Positions 1-9,194 are shown, counted from the stretch's first letter. The stretch: 25,727 nucleotides of DNA from a virus (IMGVR_UViG_3300031922_000068:1-25727); one strand, 5' to 3'. The notes: generated from the letters alone by a model not told the origin. Numbers and translations are program-made.

Positions 1-64
1 CCCCGCCGATGCCGCGCGTCGAGCATCGCCCCGTCCAACTGATTCCATCGCCCGAGGGCATCCC

Positions 65-1585
65 ATGAGCGACAAGTTCCTGCACGGCGTCGAGGTCATC
101 GAAATCGACGCTGGCCCCCGGCCGATCCAGACGGTGCGCAGCTCCGTCATCGGCATCATCGGCACCGCCCCGAACTCGCAGGCAGAGGTGAAGTCCCGGC
201 TGCTGACCGGTGTCATCGGCAGCAACAACGCGCTGACCTTCACCTCGAAGCTGCTCGGCGTGCTCGGCAACGACATCACCGTCAACCTGCGCGCCCCGGT
301 CGGGAACAACCTGCCGCTGGCCATCGCCGTCGTCGGCCGCGCGATCACCGTCGACCTAGCCACCGGTGCCGGCGGCACGGTGACCACCACCGCCACGCAG
401 CTCACGACCGCCATCGCCGGCAACGCTGCGGCGAACGCGCTGGTTGGCGTCGCGAACACCGGGGCCAGCACGGGTGCCGGCATTGTTGCCGCTACCTCGG
501 GCGCGCAGTTCCTGGCCGGTGGCATCGACGACGCCTTCCCCCTGAACACGCCGGTGCTGATTGCCGGCAGCCGCGCCGAGGCCGCGCGCCTCGGCACCGC
601 GGGCACTCTGCCGGACGCCCTCGACAGCCTGTTCGACCAGGCCGGTGCTGTCGTGGTCGTTATTCGCGTTGCCGATGGCGGCACGGAGCCGCTGACCACC
701 GCCAACGTCATCGGCGGCACCAATGCCACCACCGGCCAGTTCGAGGGCGTCCACGCCTTCCGCGCGGCCGAGTCCGTTGTCGGCTTCTCGCCGCGAATCC
801 TGATTGCGCCGGGCTTCACCCACCAGCGCACCGGCAGCGCGAACGCCGTGGTCGCCGAGCTCATCGGCATCGCCGAGCGCCTGCGTGCGGTGATCATCGC
901 CGACGGCCCGAACACCACCGATGCCGCGGCCATCACATACGCCGGCGACTTCGGCAGCTCGCGCGTGTTCCTCGTCGACCCGTGGGTGACGAAGCTCGAC
1001 GCCAACGGTTCGGCGGTGAACGTGCCGGCCTCGCCGCATGTGGCTGGCCTGATCGCCAAGTCGGACAACGACCGCGGGTTCTGGTGGAGCCCGTCGAACC
1101 AGACCATCAACGGCATCATCGGCACCGCCCGCGGTGTCGACATGGTGCTCGGCGACGCGAACAGCCGCGCGAACCTGCTCAACGAGCGCAAGATCGCGAC
1201 GATCATCCGGCAGGAGGGCTTCCGCCTCTGGGGCAACCGCTCGCTGGCGTCGGACCCGAAGTGGGCGTTCCTGTCGGTGCGCCGCACCGCCGACCTGATC
1301 AACGACAGCATCCTGCGCGCCCACCTGTGGGCCGTGGATCGCAACATCACGAAGACCTACCTCGAGGATGTCACCGAGTCGGTGAACGCCTACCTGCGCA
1401 CGCTGGTGAGCCTGGGCGCCATCCTCGGCGGCCGCTGCTGGGCCGACCCGGACCTCAACACGCCGGCGAACATCGCCCAGGGGAACGTGTTTTTCAACTT
1501 CGACTTCACCGCGCCGTACCCGGCCGAGCACATCACCTTCCGGTCGCACCTGGTGAACGACTACCTCACCGAGCTGTTCGACTGA
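65..1585 (+). CDS. FI: Contractile tail sheath protein (P2 FI-like) with an inserted domain
   Basis: N-terminal FLHGVEVIE; WWSPSN, GFRLWGNRS, FLSVRRTAD and FTAPYPAEHITF sheath motifs. Confidence 0.95.
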   Translation: MSDKFLHGVEVIEIDAGPRPIQTVRSSVIGIIGTAPNSQAEVKSRLLTGVIGSNNALTFTSKLLGVLGNDITVNLRAPVGNNLPLAIAVVGRAITVDLATGAGGTVTTTATQLTTAIAGNAAANALVGVANTGASTGAGIVAATSGAQFLAGGIDDAFPLNTPVLIAGSRAEAARLGTAGTLPDALDSLFDQAGAVVVVIRVADGGTEPLTTANVIGGTNATTGQFEGVHAFRAAESVVGFSPRILIAPGFTHQRTGSANAVVAELIGIAERLRAVIIADGPNTTDAAAITYAGDFGSSRVFLVDPWVTKLDANGSAVNVPASPHVAGLIAKSDNDRGFWWSPSNQTINGIIGTARGVDMVLGDANSRANLLNERKIATIIRQEGFRLWGNRSLASDPKWAFLSVRRTADLINDSILRAHLWAVDRNITKTYLEDVTESVNAYLRTLVSLGAILGGRCWADPDLNTPANIAQGNVFFNFDFTAPYPAEHITFRSHLVNDYLTELFD

Positions 1586-1616
1586 CCCCTGACACCCGAC
1601 TGACCGGAGCCCGCGA

Positions 1617-2123
1617 ATGGCCGCCCGTGACATCCGCAAGAACCTGAACCTGTTCGTCGACGGCCGCGGCTACGCCGGCCAGGTGATGGAGTTCACCCCG
1701 CCCGCACTCGCGCTGCAGGTCGAGGACTTCCGCGCCGGCGGCATGGACGCGCCGATCGAGATCGAGCTCGGCATGGAAAAGCTCGAAGCCGGCTTCGTGC
1801 TCTCGGCCTACGATCGCAACGTGCTCTCGCTGTTCGGCGTCTCGCCGGGCTTCGAGGTGCAGTTCACCCTGCGCGAGGCCATCGAGAGCTTCGACGGCAC
1901 GGTGAAGTCGGTCGTGCACAACCTGCGCGGCAAGCTCCGCAAGCTCGACCCCGGCACCAGCAAGCCTGGCGAGATCCCGATGCTGACCGCTGAGGTCGCG
2001 CCGACCTACTACCGCCTGCAGCACGACGGCGTCACCGTGCACGAGATCGACGTGATCAACATGGTGCGCATCATCAACGGCGTCGACCGCCTCGCCGCGC
2101 AGCGCGCGGCGCTTGGCCTGTAA
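1617..2123 (+). CDS. FII: Major tail tube protein (P2 FII-like)
   Basis: NLFVDGRGYAG, FRAGGMDAP, GMEKLE and EIDVINMVRIINGVD motifs; directly follows sheath. Confidence 0.95.
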   Translation: MAARDIRKNLNLFVDGRGYAGQVMEFTPPALALQVEDFRAGGMDAPIEIELGMEKLEAGFVLSAYDRNVLSLFGVSPGFEVQFTLREAIESFDGTVKSVVHNLRGKLRKLDPGTSKPGEIPMLTAEVAPTYYRLQHDGVTVHEIDVINMVRIINGVDRLAAQRAALGL

Positions 2124-2132
2124 GGGGGCGCC

Positions 2133-2414
2133 ATGGCCGACAAGAAAAAGCCGGAGTGGCTCTCGGAAGGCGACGGCTTCGTCACCGTCGAGCTCGTGCG
2201 CGGGCTGAAGGTGACGGGCTCCACGGTGAAAGCCGTGCGAATGCGCGAGCCCACGGTAGCCGATCAGCTGGCGATCGACCGGGTGGAAGGACAGGCTGCG
2301 AAAGAGATCGCGTTCATCGCCAACCTCTGCGAGGTGTCGCCTGTGGACCTGCACGCGCTGACCATGCGCGACTACACGCGCCTGCAGGTGGCACTCGGCC
2401 TTTTCATCGCCTGA
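2133..2414 (+). CDS. Tail assembly chaperone (gpE/gp41-like)
   Basis: MREPTVAD and DYTRLQ motifs; lies between tube and tape measure. Confidence 0.9.
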   Translation: MADKKKPEWLSEGDGFVTVELVRGLKVTGSTVKAVRMREPTVADQLAIDRVEGQAAKEIAFIANLCEVSPVDLHALTMRDYTRLQVALGLFIA

Positions 2415-2542
2415 GCGCGGCATACATCCGGCAAGCCGCGCTCTGTCTTGCCAGCCATACCGGCTGGTCCGTGTCGGAAATGATGGCGATGCCCGTCGGG
2501 CGATTCGTCTGGTGGGTTGAGGGGCTCCCGCGCAATGGCTGA
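2402..2542 (+). CDS. GpE'-like C-terminal extension of the chaperone, reached by a -1 frameshift
   Basis: The -1 frame encodes LASHTGWSVSEMMAMPVGRFVWW (P2 GpE-family pattern); no start codon upstream of the motif start; CCTTTTC at 2399-2405. Confidence 0.75.
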   Translation, partial: FHRLSAAYIRQAALCLASHTGWSVSEMMAMPVGRFVWWVEGLPRNG

Positions 2543-4841
2543 ACGCAAACTCGCGACCACCCTCGTCATCGGCGGTGCGCTTTCGGCAGGCCTTGGCGCG
2601 GCCCTGGGCCGCGCGCAGTCCCAGCTTCGCGGTCTTGGCGACAGCATCCGCCAGATGACCGCTCGCCAGCGCGAGCTGGCGAGCACCACGGGCAAGAACA
2701 CCTCCGAGTACCAGAGGCTCACGAACCAGATCGACCGTCTGCGCGGCGCGCAATCGCGCCTGGCAGCGGTCGAGCGGCAGCGGGCAGCGAACGTCGCGCG
2801 GCGCGAACAGCTCGGCAGCGACATCGGGCAGGCGGCCGGCACCGCTGCGGCGGTGAGCTTGCCGATCATCGGCAGCGTGATGCAGGCGGCCGAGTTCGGC
2901 CACAACCTGCAGCTGATCGGCAACACCGCTGACATGACGAGCGCGCAGGTGCGGCAGCTGGGCGCGGTGATGATGGGCATAAGCCGAGAGTCGGCCACGT
3001 CTGCGACTGACGTTCAGCGAGCCATGGGGTTCCTTGTTGCGGCGGGCCTTGATGCGGGTAGTGCTCAAGAGCAGCTTCTCGTTCTAGCGAAGGCGGCGAA
3101 AGGCACGGGATCGGACATCGAGGATGTCGCACGGTCGGCCTTCACGTTGGGGTCGACCTTGAAGGTTGAGCCCGGTGGAATGACTCGTGCGCTGGAAGCC
3201 CTGGTGCTTGCCGGTAATCGCGGCAACTTCGAGTTCAAGGACATGGCGGCCGAGCTGCCCAACTTGGGTGCAGGCTTTGCCGCCCTCGGCCTCAAAGGGC
3301 AGGAGGCAGTCGCCACGATGGGTGCCGCGCTTCAGCTCGCCCGCGCAGGCACTGGCGACGCGTCGTCGGCCGCCAATAACTTGGCGAACTTCATGGCGAA
3401 ACTTCTGTCGCCGGATACGCTCAAGAAAGCCGAGCGTCTCGGCAGCGACTTGTACGGTGTGATCTCCGGAGCTCAGTCCCGCGGCGAGAACCCTTTCGAG
3501 GCTGCCATCGCGGAGATCAATCGCATCACGAAGGGCGGCGATCAGAAGCTGCTCGGCGAGCTGTTTGCCGATATGCAGGTGCAGGGGTTCTTGCGCCCGA
3601 TGTTGCAGGACCTCGAGCGCTACCGGAGCATCAAGGAAGACGCGTTCAGCGCATCGGGCGCGATCGACGAGCAGTTCGCTGCTATGAGGGGCACGCTGAA
3701 ATCGCAGCTCGGCGAGATCGGCAACGCGATCCAGCGCTCGGCTATCGTCATCGGCAACGCGCTGTCGCCGGTGATCGAAAGGTTGAACCGCGCGCTCGTG
3801 CCGATGCTCGAGCGCTTCGAGGCCTTTGCCGCGCAGAACCCGATGGTCGTCGGCGGCGTGCTGGCGGCGGCTGCGGCGATCTCGGGCCTCGCGGTCGCAG
3901 TGAAGGTCGGGGCTTTCGCTTTCACGTACCTCACGGGGGCGTGGCTGGCCGTCAAGTCAGCGATGGCGGGCGGCGCGGCGGCTGGCTCGCTGGCAACGCT
4001 CGGTTCGACGCTCGGCATGATCGGCACGGGGATCGCGCAGCTGGGTGCGGGGCCGCTGATCGCGATCGGCGCAGCTCTGGCGCTTGTGGTCGGCGCGTTC
4101 GTGAAGTTCTGGCCCTACATCAAGGCCTTCGGCTCGGGCTACCTGCAGGGCCTCGGCGATGCGCTCTCCGGGCCTTTCGAGCGCCTCAAGACTGCGCTTT
4201 CGCCGCTTGGCGATGCGCTGGGCCGGCTATGGGGCCTGTTCACCAGCCTGTTCACGCCCATCGACGCGACGGCTGCCGAGCTCGAGGGCGCAACGAGTGC
4301 GGGCCGCATGTTCGGCATGGTGCTCGGCACCGTTCTTGGCAGCGTGATCGACGTGGTGGCGATGGGCGTGAACGCCTTCGTGTGGCTTGGCGAGGCCATC
4401 GGTACCGCGGCCGGTTGGGTCGCGGTGACGCTTGGTGGTGCGATCGGCAAGGTGGCCGCGCTGTGGCCGGTCTTCGAGATCGCGGCCACTACCGCGTGGG
4501 AGAACCTCAAGGGTCACGTCGGCGCAGTGGTCGAATGGCTGCTGGCGAAGATCCAGCCGCTGATGGGTGCCGTGGGCTGGGTGGGTGCGAAGATGGGCAG
4601 TGCGGCAGCGAGCCTGGGTCTGACTTCGGCCCCAAGCCCGGAAGCCTCGGCCAATCTGCCGCAGCCGACCATGCGCGGTGCGGGCGGCAGCGTCACCAAC
4701 ACCACCACGGTGGGCGCCATCACCGTGCAGGCCGCGCCCGGGCAAAGCTCGCGCGAGGTGGCCGCCGAGGTCGACAAGCGGTTGCGCGAGCGCGAGCGCA
4801 GCACCAGCCGCGGCGCCATGTACGACCCGGTGGCCGGATGA
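2535..4841 (+). CDS. Tail tape measure protein (768 aa)
   Basis: Long Ala/Gly-rich helical protein with G-x-FE-x-KDMA core and hydrophobic segments; ATG at 2535 chosen over 2517. Confidence 0.93.
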   Translation: MAERKLATTLVIGGALSAGLGAALGRAQSQLRGLGDSIRQMTARQRELASTTGKNTSEYQRLTNQIDRLRGAQSRLAAVERQRAANVARREQLGSDIGQAAGTAAAVSLPIIGSVMQAAEFGHNLQLIGNTADMTSAQVRQLGAVMMGISRESATSATDVQRAMGFLVAAGLDAGSAQEQLLVLAKAAKGTGSDIEDVARSAFTLGSTLKVEPGGMTRALEALVLAGNRGNFEFKDMAAELPNLGAGFAALGLKGQEAVATMGAALQLARAGTGDASSAANNLANFMAKLLSPDTLKKAERLGSDLYGVISGAQSRGENPFEAAIAEINRITKGGDQKLLGELFADMQVQGFLRPMLQDLERYRSIKEDAFSASGAIDEQFAAMRGTLKSQLGEIGNAIQRSAIVIGNALSPVIERLNRALVPMLERFEAFAAQNPMVVGGVLAAAAAISGLAVAVKVGAFAFTYLTGAWLAVKSAMAGGAAAGSLATLGSTLGMIGTGIAQLGAGPLIAIGAALALVVGAFVKFWPYIKAFGSGYLQGLGDALSGPFERLKTALSPLGDALGRLWGLFTSLFTPIDATAAELEGATSAGRMFGMVLGTVLGSVIDVVAMGVNAFVWLGEAIGTAAGWVAVTLGGAIGKVAALWPVFEIAATTAWENLKGHVGAVVEWLLAKIQPLMGAVGWVGAKMGSAAASLGLTSAPSPEASANLPQPTMRGAGGSVTNTTTVGAITVQAAPGQSSREVAAEVDKRLRERERSTSRGAMYDPVAG

Positions 4842-5248
4842 CGCTGCGGGCCACCAGCGGTGCGGACGTGATGATGTCGCTCGGCGGCTTCCGCTTCGGG
4901 CTGAACACGGCGGCCTATCAGGAGCTCTCGCGCACCACCGAACATCGATGGGCAGCGCAGGATCGCTTCGGGCAGGCCGCTGCCCTGCAGCACACCGGCC
5001 CTGGCCCGGAGACGATGACGCTGCCTGGCGTGGTCTACCCCGAGTTCCGCGGCGGGCTCGGGCAGGTGGACCGCATGCGCGAGCTCGCGGGCCGCGGCAA
5101 GCCGCAGCAGCTGATCACCGGCGCTGGGCGCGTGCTTGGCCGCTACGTGATCGAGCGCGTCGAAGAACGGCAGAGCGTGTTCGCCGCGCGCGGCATGGCG
5201 CGCAAGGTCGAGTTCACCCTGAGCCTGCGGCGCTACGATGGCCCTTGA
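4838..5248 (+). CDS. P2 GpU-like tail protein
   Basis: MMSLGGFRF, LQHTGPG, TLPGVVYP and VEFTLSLRRY motifs; ATGA overlap with the tape measure stop. Confidence 0.9.
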   Translation: MTLRATSGADVMMSLGGFRFGLNTAAYQELSRTTEHRWAAQDRFGQAAALQHTGPGPETMTLPGVVYPEFRGGLGQVDRMRELAGRGKPQQLITGAGRVLGRYVIERVEERQSVFAARGMARKVEFTLSLRRYDGP

Positions 5249-5456
5249 GTACCGCACCCGTGCCGGCGACACCGTCGACCTGATCGTCTGGCGGCAGTAC
5301 GGCAGCACCGCCGGCGGCATCGTCGAGCGCGTGCTGGCGGCGAACCCGGGCCTTGCCGACTACGGCCCCGCGCTGCCCGGCGGCCTGCTGGTACTGCTGC
5401 CCAATGCGGCGACCGCCCAGGCCAGCGTCGAGCCCGGTGTGAAGCTGTGGGCGTGA
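5238..5456 (+). CDS. Tail protein X (LysM-like)
   Basis: YRTRAGDTVDLIVWRQYG...VLAANPGLA...LP and terminal VKLW. Confidence 0.92.
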   Translation: MALEYRTRAGDTVDLIVWRQYGSTAGGIVERVLAANPGLADYGPALPGGLLVLLPNAATAQASVEPGVKLWA

Positions 5457-6448
5457 CGCCGCAGTACCGCGTCACCGCCAACGGCGGCGACATCACCGCG
5501 GTGATCGCCGACCGTCTGGTGTCGCTGCGCGTCACCGACGAGGCGGGCGTCGAGTCGGACACACTTGAGCTGGTGCTGGCGGACCACCTCTCGCCGATCC
5601 AGATGCCGGCCACCGGTGCCGAGCTCGAGGTGGCGTTGGGCTACGACGGCAAGCTGACGGCCATGGGCCTGTTCGTGGTCGACGAGATCGAGCTTTCCGG
5701 CTGGCCGTCGACGATGACCATTCGTGCGCGCGGCGCACCCTTCGAGAAGTCGAAGGGCGGCAAGACCAACCTGCAGACGCAGAAGACCCGTAGCTGGGAC
5801 GCTGGCACCACCATCAGCACGATGGTGGAGAAGATTGCCGGCGAGCATGGCCTGCGTGCAGCCGTCGCCGCATCGCTCGCGACTGTAGAGCTGCCGCACA
5901 CCGACCAGACGCGCGAGAGCGACTTGCACCTGCTGCAGCGGGTCGCCAAGCGCCACGACGGTGCGCTGAAGGCCGCAGGCGGCACGCTGGCCATGACCAA
6001 GCGCGGCGAGGGCAAGACCGCCAGCGGTGACGCGCTGCCGTCGCTCACGGTGCGCGCCGAGCAGTGCACGGCGTTCCGTGCGACGCTGGCCAAGCGCGAC
6101 GCGCCCGGCCGCGTGCGCGCATTCTGGCAGGACACCAGCGCCGCGCGGCGCGAGACCGCCGAGTACGGCGAAGACGACCCGGTGCGCGAGCTGCGCCAAG
6201 TGTTCCCGACGCAGGCCGCCGCCGAGGAAGCTGCGCGCGCCGAGTGGGGCCGCCGCGCACGCGGCGAGGCCACGGCATCGTTCACCCTGCCGGGCGACCC
6301 CGCGGCCGTCGCCGAGGCCCCGCTGAAGGCGTCGGGGTTTCGTCTTGGCGTCGACGGCGAGTGGATCGTCTCGCGCGTCGAACACGGCTTCGAGCCGTCG
6401 TCGGGCTATGCGATGACGATCGAGTGCGAGTCGAAGCCCGCGGCTTGA
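5447..6448 (+). CDS. P2 GpD-like baseplate hub / late control D protein
   Basis: RLVSLRVTDEAGVESD, LGY...MGLFVVDEIE, DQTRESD and GVDGEW motifs; start may instead be the GTG at 5453. Confidence 0.92.
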   Translation: MGVTPQYRVTANGGDITAVIADRLVSLRVTDEAGVESDTLELVLADHLSPIQMPATGAELEVALGYDGKLTAMGLFVVDEIELSGWPSTMTIRARGAPFEKSKGGKTNLQTQKTRSWDAGTTISTMVEKIAGEHGLRAAVAASLATVELPHTDQTRESDLHLLQRVAKRHDGALKAAGGTLAMTKRGEGKTASGDALPSLTVRAEQCTAFRATLAKRDAPGRVRAFWQDTSAARRETAEYGEDDPVRELRQVFPTQAAAEEAARAEWGRRARGEATASFTLPGDPAAVAEAPLKASGFRLGVDGEWIVSRVEHGFEPSSGYAMTIECESKPAA

Positions 6449-6488
6449 AGGCCTGCCAATGTCGCGAATGTGGCGTAGTGGCGAGAGT
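6447..6488 (+). promoter_or_regulatory. Putative activator-dependent late promoter (copy 1)
   Basis: GAAGGCCTGCCAATGT at 6447-6462 is identical to 24707-24722; weak -10-like GAGAGT 20 nt downstream. Confidence 0.6.
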
Positions 6489-6514
6489 TCCTGTCATCAC
6501 CGCGGGGAGCTTCC

Positions 6515-6952
6515 ATGTCCAGCCTGACCGACATCTTCGAGAACCAGCTGATCGACTTCATCTTCCGCGCGCAGGCCCTTACCCTGCCGGGGTCGCTGCA
6601 CATCGGGCTGTTCACGGTCGCGGCCGGCGAGGCGGGTGGGCAGACCGAGGTGACGGGCGGCAGTTATGCCCGCGCCGCCGTGGTGCGCTCCCTAGCGAAC
6701 TTCGCCGGCACACAAGCGGCTGGCAGCACCGTCGCGTCGAACGGCACCGGCGGCGCGACGTCCAACAACGGCACGATCACGTTCCCGGCCCCGACGGCCA
6801 GCTGGGGCAGCATCGTGGGCTTCGGCATCTTCGACGCGAGCACCGGCGGCAACCTGCTGATCTACGCGCCGCTGCAGACGGCGAAGACCGTGAACAACGG
6901 CGACGCCGCGCCGGTTTTTACCGCCGGCCAGCTCGTATTCACCCTGAGCTGA
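6515..6952 (+). CDS. Putative virion fibre/appendage structural protein
   Basis: IGLFT...EVTGGSYAR...SNNGTITFP.PTASWG.I..FGIFDASTGGNLL resembles a widespread small phage fibre family; GGGAG RBS. Confidence 0.7.
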   Translation: MSSLTDIFENQLIDFIFRAQALTLPGSLHIGLFTVAAGEAGGQTEVTGGSYARAAVVRSLANFAGTQAAGSTVASNGTGGATSNNGTITFPAPTASWGSIVGFGIFDASTGGNLLIYAPLQTAKTVNNGDAAPVFTAGQLVFTLS

Positions 6953-7149
6953 TGACCGTGGCCCTATTGCGCGGCCAGCTGGTGGCGATCAAGCCGCCAT
7001 TCGGCGACGGCGCCACGCCGCGCGTCATCGAGGACGCGATGGCGATCAACCCTGACGGGGAGCCGGCGATCGGCGCGCAGACGGTCGCCTTTTGGCAGTA
7101 CCTGGTCGGCGATGCCTACTTCGCCGAGCACTTCCTCGAGGTGCTTTGA
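6952..7149 (+). CDS. Hypothetical protein (65 aa)
   Basis: TGATG overlaps couple it to both neighbouring genes. Confidence 0.7.
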   Translation: MTVALLRGQLVAIKPPFGDGATPRVIEDAMAINPDGEPAIGAQTVAFWQYLVGDAYFAEHFLEVL

Positions 7150-7979
7150 TGGCCATCACCACCCGAGATCAGCTGATTGACGCGCTGGCGAACAATTCCA
7201 GTCGCATCGTCATCGACAAGGCTTCGCTGGCGAACGCGGCCGCCGGGCAGATTTTCAGCCTGTGGCGCGCGACGGGGGTCCCGGGGCAGGGGGCTATCCC
7301 GGCAGCCGCGGCATTGTGCGATGGCACCGCGCTGGCGGGTGCCATCGGTTTCGCGCAGCAGACCGCGCCGGAAACGTCTTACTTGGCGTGGTTGCGCCTG
7401 CTGTCGGGCAACGCGACCACCACCACCGAGTTCCACGACCGCCTCGCGCACATGGGTGGCCTGAACGGCACGCTCGCCACGGCGCAGACCGTGGGCATCG
7501 ACGCGACCACGATCGGCGGCAGCGGCATTCCAGCAGCACGTCGCGGTGACGCGAACTTCAGTGATCTACAGTGGTGGATCGAGGTCTATACCGACCTTGG
7601 TGCCACCGGTGTGAACGCCACGGTGGCGGTGATCTACGACGACAGCAGCACCGGCAACCTCGCCGCCATCGCGCTCGGAGCAACCCCGCGCGCCGGCCGC
7701 CTGTATCCACTGGTTTCGGCCGTCTCGGGTCGCTACATCCGCGCCGTGACCAGCGTTACGCTCTCGGCCACGACCGGCACGGCGGGCAACTTCGGCGTCA
7801 CCTGCAGCCGGGCGCGCACGGGCATCGACACCCTGGTCGCCAACAAGGCCGAGGCCTACGACTGGGCCGCGCTCGGCGTTCCCCAGATCCCCAACGCTGC
7901 CTGCCTGCAGCTGATCACGGTGCCGAGCACCACCAGCACCGGCATCTTCCGAGGCCAGGGCAAGATCGCGCACGGGTGA
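7149..7979 (+). CDS. Putative structural protein, beta-rich (276 aa)
   Basis: Coupled ATG at 7149; Thr/Gly/Ala-rich; inside the accessory structural operon. Confidence 0.7.
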   Translation: MAITTRDQLIDALANNSSRIVIDKASLANAAAGQIFSLWRATGVPGQGAIPAAAALCDGTALAGAIGFAQQTAPETSYLAWLRLLSGNATTTTEFHDRLAHMGGLNGTLATAQTVGIDATTIGGSGIPAARRGDANFSDLQWWIEVYTDLGATGVNATVAVIYDDSSTGNLAAIALGATPRAGRLYPLVSAVSGRYIRAVTSVTLSATTGTAGNFGVTCSRARTGIDTLVANKAEAYDWAALGVPQIPNAACLQLITVPSTTSTGIFRGQGKIAHG

Positions 7980-7982
7980 CGC

Positions 7983-8894
7983 ATGGCCCTGCGCGACCCG
8001 CAGTTCGACAATCGGATCCGGGGCGGCGCTGATACGTGGGACCAGGGCGTGGCCGGCATCCTGCTGGCCGCCGACTACTTCCCCGCTTTGGGCGCGACGT
8101 TCGCTGGCAACGCCACTGGCAGCATGGTCGCTGCCGGCGACCTGTCGACGGTTGCCGGCAGCATGGCAGGCACCGCTGCCGGCGAGTTGGCGGCGTCCGG
8201 CACGCTGACCACGGCGATCCGGCTGGTAGGCGCGGCCACGGGCACCGGCGTCGCCGTGGCACCGGCAATTACCACCAGCATCCGCCTCGCCGCTGCGCCG
8301 ACTGGCGCGCTGACCGCAGGCGGCACCCTCACAACGGCCATCCGCCTCGCTGCTGCCGGTACCGGCGCGCTGATCGCAGGTGGCGCGCTGACGACGGCCG
8401 TGCGCCTCGCTGGTGCCGCCACCGGGACGCTCGCGGCATCGGGCGTGCTGACAACGCAGGTGCGCCTGCAGGCGGCTGCCACGGGCGGGCTGGTGGCGTC
8501 TGGCGACCTGACCACGACGGCAGGCGCTGCCGCTCTTTCCGGTGCTGCCGCTGGCTCGTTGGATGCCGCCGGCACGCTTTCAACTGGGGTCCGGCTGGCG
8601 GGGTCCGCGACGGGTGGTCTGACCGCCGGCGCGCAGCTCACCACCACGATCCTGCTGATCGGGCAGGTGTCGGGCACGCTCGGTGCCAGCGCGGCGCTGC
8701 TGACCGAAGTTTTTCTGGCGGGCTCTGCATCGGCGTCGCTGCTGGCCGGCGGCGAGCTGCAGACGACCGTCCGAATCATCCGGCCGCCGACCGGCCGCAC
8801 ATTGAGCGTCAACCCCGAACGCCGCCTCGCCGTGATCGAGGCCGACCACCGCCGCCTGACCGTGGCGCTCGACACCCGAACCATCGAGGCCTGA
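7983..8894 (+). CDS. Repetitive fibre-shaft-like protein with 20-aa repeats
   Basis: About 10-11 repeats of LTT-x-(I/V)RL-x-(G/A)AATG-x-L-x-A-x-G-x. Confidence 0.75.
   Translation: MALRDPQFDNRIRGGADTWDQGVAGILLAADYFPALGATFAGNATGSMVAAGDLSTVAGSMAGTAAGELAASGTLTTAIRLVGAATGTGVAVAPAITTSIRLAAAPTGALTAGGTLTTAIRLAAAGTGALIAGGALTTAVRLAGAATGTLAASGVLTTQVRLQAAATGGLVASGDLTTTAGAAALSGAAAGSLDAAGTLSTGVRLAGSATGGLTAGAQLTTTILLIGQVSGTLGASAALLTEVFLAGSASASLLAGGELQTTVRIIRPPTGRTLSVNPERRLAVIEADHRRLTVALDTRTIEA
8205..8780 (+). repeat. Degenerate 60-bp tandem coding repeat
   Basis: Sequence from 8281, 8341, 8401 and 8461 aligns at a 60-nt period (t(c/g)cgcct...ac(c/t/g)gg). Confidence 0.85.
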
Positions 8895-8900
8895 ACCACC

Positions 8901-9194
8901 ATGCGAACCGTCAACGGAGCGCCACAGGCGCTCAAGACCCCCGGCAGCGTCGTCGACTTCGGCGTGGATTGGCGCCAGTGGCTGGCGCCCGGCGAGACGA
9001 TCACCAGCAGCACGTGGGCGTGCGAGCCGGCCCTGCCGCTGACGAACCCGGGCGAAGCCGCGGGCGTCACCGTCGTGTGGGTGGGTGGCGGCGTCGAGGG
9101 TGCCACGCACCGGCTGCGGAACTCGATCGCGACCAGCGGCGGGCGGCAGGACAGCCGCGAGATCGTTCTGAGCTGCACCGCGAATCGTCGCTGA
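8901..9194 (+). CDS. Putative fibre-attachment/adaptor protein
   Basis: K.P..V.DFGVDW..WL..GETI.SS.W...VWVGGG..G.T.RL.N.I.TSGGR.DSR pattern of small phage adaptor proteins. Confidence 0.7.
   Translation: MRTVNGAPQALKTPGSVVDFGVDWRQWLAPGETITSSTWACEPALPLTNPGEAAGVTVVWVGGGVEGATHRLRNSIATSGGRQDSREIVLSCTANRR

Noticed and set aside
356-3068. 427-aa and 500-aa minus-strand ORFs over the tail genes
   Set aside because: Shadow ORFs opposite clearly identified sheath, tube and tape measure genes
7983-8894. Diversity-generating retroelement VR/TR pair
   Set aside because: Repeats are tandem and in-frame, differences are not adenine-specific, and no reverse transcriptase is in the window
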